Assembly (NCBI GenBank): GCA_902537325.1
Contig: CACBAT010000005.1
Location: forward strand, 18,637-82,636
Length of the DNA stretch: 64,000 nt
Direction of reading: 5' to 3'
Source of the DNA: an uncultured Alphaproteobacteria bacterium
GTDB taxonomy: Bacteria; Pseudomonadota; Alphaproteobacteria; HIMB59; GCA-002718135
Every line of letters begins with the position of its first letter. Positions within the stretch are counted from its first letter, which is position 1. Positions 48,583-58,146 of this stretch are shown piece by piece. The notes beneath the pieces are model-generated. The model was not told where the DNA came from, did not search any database, and was given only the letters and a program-made list of their open reading frames with translations. The position numbers and the translations under genes are program-made.

Positions 48583-48658
48583 AGAAATACTTAAAATCTA
48601 ACTTGCTTCATAGAGCCAGATAATGTTATCTCTTATTTATAATTTAAATGGAGGAAAT

Positions 48659-49870
48659 ATGAATTTCAAAAAACTATCTTCATTTCTTACAATTGCTATA
48701 CTTTCACTTGTTGGCTTTAAGGCATATGCTGCTGACGTACACGGTGTATTCTGTGGTAGTGATCTTCGACCTAATTATGTTGAAATAGCTGATAAGTACA
48801 TGGAAGACAATCCTGGAGTGAACGTAACTCTAGAGGCTGTTCCTTGGGGAACATGTCAGGATAAAGTAATTAATCTTGCTATCGCGGGTGATCCTGTTGC
48901 ATTTTCATATGTTGGATCAAGAACTCTAAAAGGTCTTGCAGAAAATGGACATATTTTAGAAACAAATATTCCTGCTTCACAACAAGCAATGTATCAACCA
49001 GGTATCTTAAACACAGTAACACACATGGGTAAAACTTGGGGTTTCCCTCATGCGTTTTCTACTAAAGCACTTTTCATGAATTGTGGTCTTTTAGAAAAAG
49101 CTGGCGTTGCATGTGAAGGCCCTCAAACTTGGGACGAACTATATTCAATGGCTGAAGCTGTAACAAAAAATGTTGATGGAGCAGCAGGAATTGGACTAGC
49201 TGGTAAAGATTTTGATAATACTATGCACCAATTCTTAAACTACCTATACAGTAATGGAGGACAAGTTATTGATCCAATGTCAAACGAAATAACTTTGAAT
49301 TCATCTAATACTGTTGAAACATTAGAATTTTATGGAAAGTTAGCAAACGTTGCTCAGGAAGGTCCTTTAGCTTGGGAGAGATCTCAGTTAACAGAACTAT
49401 TTAATGATGAAAAAATTGCTATGTATATTAATGGACCTTGGGGTAGAGGTCAGCATAAGGAAGGTCTAGATGTTAAAACAGTTAGAATTCCTGCTGGACC
49501 ACAAGGAAATCAAGGTACTCTTTTAATCACTGATAGTGTTGCAGTTTTCTCAAACACAGGTGTTGAAAAAGAAGCAATGGAATTAGCTAGCATAATCACA
49601 TCAGGTGACTCTCAATACAGTCTCGATACTGATTGGGGTCTAACACCAATTATGCAATATCCTCAAATTGGAAATGAAGCTCCATACAATGAAGATTATT
49701 GGATGATGTTTATTGATGCGATTGGCGATGGTGGACCAGAGCCACTATTTGTAGACTACAAAGCTTTTCAAACTGTTATGAACTCTATGATCCAAGGGGC
49801 AATTCTTGGTGAAGGAGATGCTGCGGATTTAGTAGCTGAAGCAGCTGAAGAGTTAGAAGAATACAAATAA
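48659..49870 (+). CDS. CUT1 sugar ABC transporter substrate-binding protein
   Basis: The ATG at 48659 follows GGAGGA. The signal peptide ends FKAYA|AD. Codon usage is richer in G/C-ending and ggt/gct codons than in neighbouring genes. Confidence 0.85.
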   Translation: MNFKKLSSFLTIAILSLVGFKAYAADVHGVFCGSDLRPNYVEIADKYMEDNPGVNVTLEAVPWGTCQDKVINLAIAGDPVAFSYVGSRTLKGLAENGHILETNIPASQQAMYQPGILNTVTHMGKTWGFPHAFSTKALFMNCGLLEKAGVACEGPQTWDELYSMAEAVTKNVDGAAGIGLAGKDFDNTMHQFLNYLYSNGGQVIDPMSNEITLNSSNTVETLEFYGKLANVAQEGPLAWERSQLTELFNDEKIAMYINGPWGRGQHKEGLDVKTVRIPAGPQGNQGTLLITDSVAVFSNTGVEKEAMELASIITSGDSQYSLDTDWGLTPIMQYPQIGNEAPYNEDYWMMFIDAIGDGGPEPLFVDYKAFQTVMNSMIQGAILGEGDAADLVAEAAEELEEYK

Positions 49871-49881
49871 TTACATTATTT

Positions 49882-49906
49882 TGCTAGGGCAATATTTGCC
49901 CTAGCA
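49882..49906 (+). terminator. Hairpin after the SBP gene (putative terminator)
   Basis: TGCTAGGGCAA-TAT-TTGCCCTAGCA forms a perfect 11-bp stem. No clear T tract follows, so its function is uncertain. Confidence 0.45.
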
Positions 49907-49923
49907 TCTAATATAAAATCTAA

Positions 49924-50652
49924 ATGAGTAAATTAACAAGATCTTATTCCTCAAAAATTAATTCAATTTTAAAGAAGATATTAAAAGAAGAAGAAAAAAA
50001 ATTTTTACAGTGTGCTAAGTTAATTAGTAAATCATATAAAAAGGGTGGGCAGTTATATATTTTTGGAACTGGACACTCTAGATTACTCGGAGAAGAATCA
50101 TTTCATAGAGCAGGTGGTTTTGCTGCTGCATGTCCAATAAGAGATGATGATCTCAGTTTTAAAAAAGGAGCAAGAAAGGCCACTGCTTTAGAAAGAACTC
50201 CAAATATTGCAAAAAAAGCTCTAGCTAAATATAAAATTACTAGCAAAGATATATTGATGATTGTATCTAATTCAGGTGTCAATCACGCTCCAGTTGAAGC
50301 AGCTTTGATTGCTAAGAAAAAGAAAATAAAAACTATTTCACTAACATCTGTAAAATACTCAAAACAAGCTCCTCTATCTAAATTGAATAAAAGATTATTT
50401 GAAATAACGGATATATTCATTGATAATAAGATTCCACCTGGTGATGCAATTATAAATATTAAAGATAACATGGTTGGACCAGCTTCAACAATTACAGGAT
50501 CTTTTATTTTAAACTCAATTTTAATTGAAGTTGCAAATATCTTAAAAAATGAAAAATTGTTTCCATTCTATATCAGTGTAAATATGCCAAATGCTAAAAG
50601 AAATAATGACAAATTAGAGAAAAAATTTAGTAAGATTAATCCTCATTTATAA
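49924..50652 (+). CDS. SIS-domain protein (sugar-phosphate isomerase/binding, UPF0309-like)
   Basis: 242 aa with YIFGTGHSRLL and MIVSNSGVN, typical of single-SIS proteins. Confidence 0.65.
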   Translation: MSKLTRSYSSKINSILKKILKEEEKKFLQCAKLISKSYKKGGQLYIFGTGHSRLLGEESFHRAGGFAAACPIRDDDLSFKKGARKATALERTPNIAKKALAKYKITSKDILMIVSNSGVNHAPVEAALIAKKKKIKTISLTSVKYSKQAPLSKLNKRLFEITDIFIDNKIPPGDAIINIKDNMVGPASTITGSFILNSILIEVANILKNEKLFPFYISVNMPNAKRNNDKLEKKFSKINPHL

Positions 50653-50707
50653 GTTTTTTTAATTTTTTTAAAAACCAACAAATTACTATATAAGATAATA
50701 AGTTTAG

Positions 50708-51802
50708 ATGACTGATCAAAATAAAGTTAGTGGAAAAATTATTAATTATAATTCTTCCTATATTGGTGATGTATATTTTAGTGAAAAAATTAGTGACTTA
50801 AAAATAAAGGACTCTGATGATTATAATAATATTATAATTCCTGGTTTTATTGATCTCCATTGTCATGGTGGTAATGGTTTTGATGTAATGGAGGGCTCAC
50901 AATCAATTATTGAAATGTCTAAGTATCATTTACGACATGGAACCACTTCAATAATGCCAACTACTTGGACCAATACCTTAGAAAATACTATTTCAGCGTT
51001 AAAAGGATTTAATGAAATAAAGAAAGATAATGGTAATAATATCCTTGGAGTTCATTTAGAAGGACCTTTTATTAATCCTAATAAACTTGGCGCTCAACCA
51101 AATTTAACTGAGAAACCATCTTTAGAGTTTATAAAAAAAATTCTTGAAATTGCCGATGTAAAAATCATTACCTTAGCCCCAGAAATTGATGGAATGCAAG
51201 AATTTATAAATGATTTAGTGGAGCTAAATATTAAGATTCAATTTGGCCACACTTTGGCAGACTTTGATTGCTGTGAAAAAATTATGAAAGATCATGAAAT
51301 TGGTTTTACACATTTGTATAATGCTATGTCTGGTAATCATCATAGATCCCCAGGAGTTTTATCAGCTGCTCTTTCAAAAGGAAAATATGCTGAAATAATC
51401 TGTGATAATATTCATGTTAGTAAAGAAGCAATAAAAATTGCAAAAAAATGTATTCCTGGTCTTTATGCGATAACAGATTCTATTAACGCTAGCGGAATGA
51501 ATGATGGAGAATATATTTTTGCAAAAAATAATATAAAAAAAGAAAATCATTCAGTAAAAATTAAGTCTGACGGTACTTTAGCAGGAAGTATTGTTACTAT
51601 GGATCAAACTTTTAAAAATTTAATATCAATGAATTTTTCCTTAGAAGAAGCAGTCGCTTTAACTAGTTATAATGCTTCTAAATATATGAATCTAGACAAT
51701 GTCGGTGTAATTCAAAAAAATTTTTTAAGTAATTTTCTTATTTTAGATAAAGAATTTAATCTTAAAGAAGTTTATTTAAGAGGAAAAAAAATTAATGTCT
51801 AA
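50708..51802 (+). CDS. nagA: N-acetylglucosamine-6-phosphate deacetylase
   Basis: 364 aa with PGFIDLHCHGGNGFD, HLEGPF, FGHT and HLYNAM, as in characterised NagA enzymes. Confidence 0.85.
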   Translation: MTDQNKVSGKIINYNSSYIGDVYFSEKISDLKIKDSDDYNNIIIPGFIDLHCHGGNGFDVMEGSQSIIEMSKYHLRHGTTSIMPTTWTNTLENTISALKGFNEIKKDNGNNILGVHLEGPFINPNKLGAQPNLTEKPSLEFIKKILEIADVKIITLAPEIDGMQEFINDLVELNIKIQFGHTLADFDCCEKIMKDHEIGFTHLYNAMSGNHHRSPGVLSAALSKGKYAEIICDNIHVSKEAIKIAKKCIPGLYAITDSINASGMNDGEYIFAKNNIKKENHSVKIKSDGTLAGSIVTMDQTFKNLISMNFSLEEAVALTSYNASKYMNLDNVGVIQKNFLSNFLILDKEFNLKEVYLRGKKINV

Positions 51803-52817
51803 TTCCCAAGTTTTATCTGAAGCACTCTCTATTCCAAATAAAATTAATCATTTTATCTTGAATGATAAAAATAATTATCAGGAAATATCAAGTTTAATAT
51901 CAGAAAAAAAAATTGATTATGTTGTTACTGTCGCAAGAGGTACTTCAGATTGTGCTGCTCTTTATTTATCTTATATGTTTGCAAAATATCTTGGTCTACC
52001 AACGTACAGCATGCCTCCATCTATAATAACTTTAGAAGAATCAAAATTTAATTTTTCGAGAGCATTAGTTTTCATTATTTCTCAATCAGGAAAAAGTGAA
52101 GATTTGGTTGAATGTCATAAAATGGTACAAAAAATGGGAGCAAAGACTATATTAATAAGTAATAACTTAAATAGCCCAATTGCAAACACATCCAATTATT
52201 TTTTTGATATAAATGCTGGAGAAGAAAAAAGTGTTGCAGCGACAAAAACTTTTGTTTTGTCTTTATTGATAATTTTAAAGCTTGTTTTTAATACTCTTAA
52301 TAAAAAAGATATTAATAAACAAATTGAAAAGTTAAGTGATCATTTAATTTTAGATAATCAAAATCAATGGAATCCAAATATATTAGATAAAACTATAAGT
52401 AATGGATACATAATTAGTAGAGGTGTTGGATATGCAATTTCTAATGAAATATCTTTAAAGTTTAAAGAGTTATGTCAAGAAATGATAGAACCTTTCAGTA
52501 GTGCTGAAGTAATGCATGGGCCAAAAAGCTTGATACAAAACTCATTCAAATTATTTACTATATCGCTTAGAGATAAAAGTGGGATGATAGTAGCAAAAGA
52601 TGCTAGTCAAATTATTTCATTAACCAATCTTCACTATGAAATAACCTATGATAAAAAATCTAACACTGAACTTCTATATAGCCCTAATGATATGATAGAG
52701 TTAGATCCAATTATAGTTCTATCAAAATTTTATCCATGGATAGTTAATTACTCTTTTCAAAAGGGATTAGATCCAGACAATCCTAGATATTTAACTAAAG
52801 TAACACAAACATTCTAA
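51795..52817 (+). CDS. Double-SIS glucosamine-6-phosphate deaminase/isomerase (AgaS/NagB-II/GlmS C-domain-like)
   Basis: 340 aa with ARGTSDCAALY and ISQSGKSEDL. It overlaps nagA by 8 nt. Confidence 0.7.
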   Translation: MSNSQVLSEALSIPNKINHFILNDKNNYQEISSLISEKKIDYVVTVARGTSDCAALYLSYMFAKYLGLPTYSMPPSIITLEESKFNFSRALVFIISQSGKSEDLVECHKMVQKMGAKTILISNNLNSPIANTSNYFFDINAGEEKSVAATKTFVLSLLIILKLVFNTLNKKDINKQIEKLSDHLILDNQNQWNPNILDKTISNGYIISRGVGYAISNEISLKFKELCQEMIEPFSSAEVMHGPKSLIQNSFKLFTISLRDKSGMIVAKDASQIISLTNLHYEITYDKKSNTELLYSPNDMIELDPIIVLSKFYPWIVNYSFQKGLDPDNPRYLTKVTQTF

Positions 52818-52818
52818 T

Positions 52819-54432
52819 TTGAATAATATTGATATAGCAATTATTGGAGCAGGTTCTGCAGGAAGTATAATAGCAAATAAACTTCTGACTAAAACTAATT
52901 TTAATATAGTCCTTATTGAGGCTGGGCCTAAAGATAACAATCCTATCATTGACGTTCCTCTTGGTTATGGAATGACATTTTATAATAAAAAAATTAATTG
53001 GAACTTCTACTCGGAAAAACAAGATAATTTATTCAATAGGCAAATATATTATCCAAGAGGTAAAGTTTTAGGTGGCTCTGGCTCAATAAATGCAATGGTC
53101 TATGCAAGAGGATTAGAAACAGATTATGAAAATTGGGGTAGCAATAAGGAATGGAGTTTTGAAAATATAAAAAAAGTATACAGTTCTATGGAGCAACAAA
53201 TAAATCATGATAAAGAATTTCTTACAAAAGAAAAGATTCCAGTAAATAATGTAAGTAAGCATCATCATTCAATTTTAGAATATTTTTTTAATGCTAGTAA
53301 TGAAATTGGTATTAAAAAAAATATAAATTTAACTACATCAATCGAAAATCAAGTAGGTCATTATAATATTAATACTTACAACGGTACTAGACATTCATCA
53401 TCAAAAGTATTTTTAAAGCCTATATTAAAAAACCCTAGGCTGACTATATTAGACAATACTCAAGTAAAACATTTAATAACTAAAAATAAAAAAATTACTG
53501 GAATTAAAATTCAAAATAAATCAACAGAAAAAATAATAAATCTATCTCTTGGAGCAATTTTATGTTCTGGCTCTATAATGACACCTTACTTGTTAATGCA
53601 TTCTGGTATTGGTGATAAAGAGCATTTAAAACAATTTGATAAAGAAATAATAATTGATAATTCTAATGTTGGAAGAAATCTCCAGGATCATCTTGGGTTA
53701 GATTATTTATTTAAAACACATCATCATTCACTAAATAAATCTTTAGGAACTTGGCCAGGCAGAATTACTTCTGTATTAAGATATCTTTATAATAGGAAAG
53801 GACCATTATCATTAAGTATTAATCAGTCTGGGGGGTATGTAAATTGGAATTCAAAACATCATTATCCCAACTTACAGATATATTTTAATCCTTTAACTTA
53901 TTCTATCACTCATAAAAATAAAAGACCTTTACTAAAAACTGATAAATTTAATGGTTTTATTATTGGTTATAATTCTTGTCGACCAAAAAGTTTAGGAACG
54001 ATTACATTAAATTCTCCTAATTTTGATGATTCTCCATTGATAGATCCAAATTTTCTATCACATGAAGAAGATATATATGATGTTAAGTGTGCAATTAATT
54101 TTTCTAAAGTTTTGGCAAACACAAATAGTATTAAAAGAATAAGAAATGAAAGTGTTACGCATGATCTTTTAAATGCTACTGAAGAAGAAATGGTTGACCA
54201 CTTTAAATCTAATGCAGTTTCTATCTATCACCCTTGTGGCACTTGTAAAATGGATGAAGATCCTAAAAAGGGAGTTGTCTCTGAAAGATTAAAAGTTCAT
54301 GGAATGGAGAATCTTTGGATTGCTGATGCATCTGTTTTTCCAAATATTACTTCTGGCAATATAAATGCCCCTGTAATGATGCTTGCTAATCTTGGAAGTA
54401 AATTTATTATTGAGGATTTAAAAAAAACTTAA
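52819..54432 (+). CDS. GMC-family FAD oxidoreductase (choline dehydrogenase-like)
   Basis: 537 aa with IIGAGSAGSIIANKL, GGSGSINAMVYARG and C-terminal HPCGTCKM. TTG start at 52819. Confidence 0.8.
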   Translation: MNNIDIAIIGAGSAGSIIANKLLTKTNFNIVLIEAGPKDNNPIIDVPLGYGMTFYNKKINWNFYSEKQDNLFNRQIYYPRGKVLGGSGSINAMVYARGLETDYENWGSNKEWSFENIKKVYSSMEQQINHDKEFLTKEKIPVNNVSKHHHSILEYFFNASNEIGIKKNINLTTSIENQVGHYNINTYNGTRHSSSKVFLKPILKNPRLTILDNTQVKHLITKNKKITGIKIQNKSTEKIINLSLGAILCSGSIMTPYLLMHSGIGDKEHLKQFDKEIIIDNSNVGRNLQDHLGLDYLFKTHHHSLNKSLGTWPGRITSVLRYLYNRKGPLSLSINQSGGYVNWNSKHHYPNLQIYFNPLTYSITHKNKRPLLKTDKFNGFIIGYNSCRPKSLGTITLNSPNFDDSPLIDPNFLSHEEDIYDVKCAINFSKVLANTNSIKRIRNESVTHDLLNATEEEMVDHFKSNAVSIYHPCGTCKMDEDPKKGVVSERLKVHGMENLWIADASVFPNITSGNINAPVMMLANLGSKFIIEDLKKT

Positions 54433-54435
54433 TTT

Positions 54436-55536
54436 ATGAAAATAGTTAAACTTGAAACATTCACAAAACCATATGTAAGTTTTGTAAAAATAACAGTTGA
54501 GGATGGTTCAATTGGTTATGGTCAAATGTCAACTTATCATGCAGATATCACAGCTCAAATTTTTCATAAACAAGTTGCACCTTGGGTTTTAGGAAAAGAA
54601 TATTTTGATTTTGATGATTTGGAAGATTTTATCTTTGAAAGAGAGCATAAATTTCCAGGATCATATCTTTTACGTGCAATAGCTGGTTTAGATACAGCGT
54701 TGTGGGATTTAAAAGGTAAAATAGAAAGTAAACCTGTCGTTTCATTGATAGGAGGATCTCCAGGAAATTTAAGAATTTATGGTTCATCAATGAAAAGAGA
54801 TATTACACCGAATGATGAAGCAAATAGATTTAAAAAACTCTTTGATGAAAAAGGTGTTAATGCATTTAAATTTAGAGTTGGTTCTGAATGTGGAAGAGGT
54901 ATCGATGAATGGGAAGGAAGAACGCCTAGTATAGTAAAAACAATAAATTCGACTTTAGATAAAAGTGTAATTAAAATGGTTGATGCAAACAGTTGTTATA
55001 GTTCTGTTCAAGCAATAGAAATTGGGAAACTTTTAGAAGATAATGATGTTACTCATTTTGAAGAACCTTGTCCTTATTGGAAACCAGAAGAAACCAAAAA
55101 AGTTACTGATAGTTTGAAGATAGATGTTACTGGGGGAGAACAAGATTGTGATCTGAGAATTTGGCGAGATATGGTTAACAGAAAAATTGTAAATATTTTT
55201 CAGCCTGATATTATGTATATGGGAGGATTGACCAAAGCTTTAAAAGTAGCTAAAATAATAGAAAATGGTGGCTTTATCTGTACTCCACATACGGCTAATT
55301 TATCTTTAGTAACAATTTGTACAATGCATTTTTTAAAAGCAATAAATAATTCAGGTCCCTATCTTGAATTTTCAATTGAAGGTAAAGATTATTATCCATG
55401 GCAACAGAATTTATTTTTAGGTGATCCTTTTAAAATATCTAATGGAATGGTTAAAATTGAAGATACTCCTGGTTGGGGTATTGAAATTAATCCTGATTGG
55501 TTAGAGAAATCAGAATATAAAAAGACAGAAATATAA
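54436..55536 (+). CDS. Enolase-superfamily enzyme (mandelate racemase/muconate lactonizing type)
   Basis: 366 aa. The spacing of VDANSCY, FEEP, GGE and QPD is consistent with MR/MLE metal ligands. Confidence 0.7.
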   Translation: MKIVKLETFTKPYVSFVKITVEDGSIGYGQMSTYHADITAQIFHKQVAPWVLGKEYFDFDDLEDFIFEREHKFPGSYLLRAIAGLDTALWDLKGKIESKPVVSLIGGSPGNLRIYGSSMKRDITPNDEANRFKKLFDEKGVNAFKFRVGSECGRGIDEWEGRTPSIVKTINSTLDKSVIKMVDANSCYSSVQAIEIGKLLEDNDVTHFEEPCPYWKPEETKKVTDSLKIDVTGGEQDCDLRIWRDMVNRKIVNIFQPDIMYMGGLTKALKVAKIIENGGFICTPHTANLSLVTICTMHFLKAINNSGPYLEFSIEGKDYYPWQQNLFLGDPFKISNGMVKIEDTPGWGIEINPDWLEKSEYKKTEI

Positions 55537-55540
55537 AAAA

Positions 55541-56200
55541 ATGATTAAAAATATAATTTTTGATTTTGATGGAGTAATAGTTGATAGTGAGGTCTTAGCT
55601 TCTAAGGCATTTTCCAAATATTTTAGTAAATTTGATCAATCAATTAAAGAGGAGCAATTTTATAAATATGCTGGAAAAAAAACAGTCGAAGTAATAGATT
55701 TATTATCTGATAAATATAAGATTGAAAACAAAGAAAAATTTACAAATGAAATATTTGATATTGTTTCAGAAGTTTATTCCAAGGATTTAAAACTAGTTGA
55801 TGGAGCAAAAGATTATATTAGTAAATCAGATAGAAATCACTTTATTGGATCTAACAGTAATAAGGATAGAATTCTCGATGGATTGAAGCTTGTTGGGTTA
55901 GATAAATTTTTTTTAAGTGATCAGGTTTATTCATTCGATATGGTAAAAAGACCAAAACCTGATCCAGATATATATTTAAAGGTTTTAAATGATAATTCAC
56001 TTATTAGAGAAGAGTCAGTCATTATTGAAGATAGTGGCGTAGGTGTTAAAGCAGCAACTGCAGCAGGAGTAAGGGTATTTGGTCTTACTGCAGGAAAACA
56101 TTGGCATTCAGATAGAGATACAAATGAATTATTTGACAATGGTGCTTTGAATGTATTTAGTGATTATGAAAGTTTAGGTAAGGCAATAGAGGAGCTTTAA
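55541..56200 (+). CDS. HAD-superfamily hydrolase (beta-phosphoglucomutase/phosphatase-like)
   Basis: 219 aa with motif I FDFDGVIVDSE and a C-terminal IEDSGVGVKAA. Confidence 0.75.
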   Translation: MIKNIIFDFDGVIVDSEVLASKAFSKYFSKFDQSIKEEQFYKYAGKKTVEVIDLLSDKYKIENKEKFTNEIFDIVSEVYSKDLKLVDGAKDYISKSDRNHFIGSNSNKDRILDGLKLVGLDKFFLSDQVYSFDMVKRPKPDPDIYLKVLNDNSLIREESVIIEDSGVGVKAATAAGVRVFGLTAGKHWHSDRDTNELFDNGALNVFSDYESLGKAIEEL

Positions 56201-56659
56201 ATGGGGCCAGATGTAAAAGGAAATCCACTTTATATTTCAGTCTATCTTTTGATAGCCTCCTATATTTTAGGTGAATTTATTTTTCCTAAATATCCACTGC
56301 TATATATTCTTAATCTTTTTGGATTATTAATTATAATTTTAATGCCAATTGTATTTTTTTCGTCAAGAAATGCATTTAATGCACATGAAGAAAAATTACC
56401 TCCTCAAACTGAAACAAATAGAATTATAAAAACTGGAATTTATGCTTACTCTAGAAATCCAATTTATCTATGTTTTGTTTTATTTCATTTTGGTATGTTT
56501 CTTACTTTTGAAAACATTATGTATTTTATTTGTTCTATAGGATTATTTTTTTGGTTAAATAATTTTGTAATAAACGAAGAGGAAAAATATTTAAAAGATA
56601 AATTTGGGGATGAATTTGTAAGATATTGTAATTCGGTTAAAAGATGGATTTTTTTCTAG
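56201..56659 (+). CDS. Membrane methyltransferase-like protein (ICMT/PEMT family)
   Basis: 152 aa with 4 hydrophobic segments and YAYSRNPIYL, which resembles the ICMT motif. It follows the HAD gene directly (TAAATG). Confidence 0.5.
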   Translation: MGPDVKGNPLYISVYLLIASYILGEFIFPKYPLLYILNLFGLLIIILMPIVFFSSRNAFNAHEEKLPPQTETNRIIKTGIYAYSRNPIYLCFVLFHFGMFLTFENIMYFICSIGLFFWLNNFVINEEEKYLKDKFGDEFVRYCNSVKRWIFF

Positions 56660-57516
56660 TTAAAATTTATTGAAGAAATTTTATGATTTTTTTCAAATTT
56701 AATAACGATCTGAGCTTTTTTATTTAGATCCTTCATCATCCATTTAGTTATTTTCTCATAATGTTGAACAAAATATTTAATTTCATTTGGAGTCATTCTT
56801 TTTGATTTTTTGTTTTTTGATTGATTAGTTTTTTCCTGCTTTAATCGCCATTTGAAAACATTACCAAAAGAGGATGTCTTCAAAAAAATAAGTTCATCGA
56901 ATAATTTAAATAATTTTTTATATTCTAATTTTAATTTATTATTATAGAAATTTCTCCATTGATATTTTGGATCTTTAATTTTTTCTAAATTATTTATATT
57001 TTTATGAAGAATTTTTTTTGGAATTTCTGAACTTCCACAACACCAACCTTCTAAGAAAAGAATATCACATTTAGTTTTAGTTATTTTTGTTGATTTAGTT
57101 GTATCATCAATCAACTTATCAAATAGAGGGGATGTGATAGGGTATTTACTTTTATTGAATTGTTTTATATTTTTAATTAATTTTTCAATATCATGTGTTC
57201 CAGGAACACCTCGAGTTATTAACAATTGATGTATTTTATTTGATAATTGAGATCGTTGTTTTCTTGATAAATAATAATTATCCAAACTAAGCAAAAGTAT
57301 TTTCTTATTATAAAATTTTTCAATAGTTTTAGAGATAATATTAATAAATGATGATTTTCCAATACCCTGAGAGCCTCCAAATAGGAATTTTTTTGATTTA
57401 CTAGAGCATATATAATTTATGATTGGAATTAATTTTTCTTCTATATACTTTTTGGAATATTTTTTATTATATGTTTTGTGTATTTCTATTTGAATATAGT
57501 CTATTAATGCACTCAT
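56656..57516 (-). CDS. P-loop kinase, D-glycerate 3-kinase (GLYK)-like
   Basis: 286 aa with a P-loop GSQGIGKSS, then LSLDNYYL, RGVPGTHD and LEGWCCG, in the order seen in plant/cyanobacterial GLYK. Its stop overlaps the convergent gene (CTAG). Confidence 0.55.
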   Translation of the reverse strand: MSALIDYIQIEIHKTYNKKYSKKYIEEKLIPIINYICSSKSKKFLFGGSQGIGKSSFINIISKTIEKFYNKKILLLSLDNYYLSRKQRSQLSNKIHQLLITRGVPGTHDIEKLIKNIKQFNKSKYPITSPLFDKLIDDTTKSTKITKTKCDILFLEGWCCGSSEIPKKILHKNINNLEKIKDPKYQWRNFYNNKLKLEYKKLFKLFDELIFLKTSSFGNVFKWRLKQEKTNQSKNKKSKRMTPNEIKYFVQHYEKITKWMMKDLNKKAQIVIKFEKNHKISSINFN

Positions 57517-57548
57517 TTAATATTTATTTATAAACAAAATACTTATAC

Positions 57549-58139
57549 ATGAAATTTCTTTTTGATTTAGGTGGTGTTTTTTTTGATTGGGACCCTCATT
57601 ATTTTTATAAAGATGTAATTAAAGATAAAGAAGAAAGAGACAATTTTCTCAATAATATTTGCAATGATGAATGGAATATACAACAAGATGCTGGAAGACT
57701 AATAAAAGATGCAGAAACTGATCTAATAAAGAATTATCCTGATTATGAAGATAAAATAAAATTATATTATAAAAATCATCATAAAATGTTCAGGAAAATC
57801 TTTCAGCATTCAGTTAATGTTTTAAATGATTTGAAAAATAAAAGATATGAGTGTTATGTTTTATCAAATTGGTCCTGGGAAACATTTCAAGGTATGGATA
57901 AAAAATATCCATTTTTAAATAAATTTGATGGTTTAATAATTTCTGGAAAAGAAAAATTAGTTAAACCTGATTCTCAAATATATAAATTAGCAGTAAAACG
58001 CTTTAATCTAATTCCTGAGGAAACTGTTTTTATAGATGATAAAAAAGAGAATATTGAGGCCGCAAACAAACTTGGTTTTTTAACTATACATTTAACTAAC
58101 CCTGAAATAATAATTCAAGAAATTAATAGATTTATTTAA
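57549..58139 (+). CDS. HAD-superfamily hydrolase, subfamily IA
   Basis: 196 aa with motif I FDLGGVFFDW, LSNWS and FIDDKKENI. Confidence 0.7.
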   Translation: MKFLFDLGGVFFDWDPHYFYKDVIKDKEERDNFLNNICNDEWNIQQDAGRLIKDAETDLIKNYPDYEDKIKLYYKNHHKMFRKIFQHSVNVLNDLKNKRYECYVLSNWSWETFQGMDKKYPFLNKFDGLIISGKEKLVKPDSQIYKLAVKRFNLIPEETVFIDDKKENIEAANKLGFLTIHLTNPEIIIQEINRFI

Positions 58140-58146
58140 TTTAATT

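Noticed and set aside
48639-48644. TATAAT hexamers upstream of SBP genes and of the BBOX-like gene (for example 48639-48644 and near 40786) as -10 promoter elements.
   Set aside because: TATAAT-like hexamers are frequent by chance in this composition, and I could not pair them with convincing -35 elements at 16-18 nt spacing. I did not report them as features.
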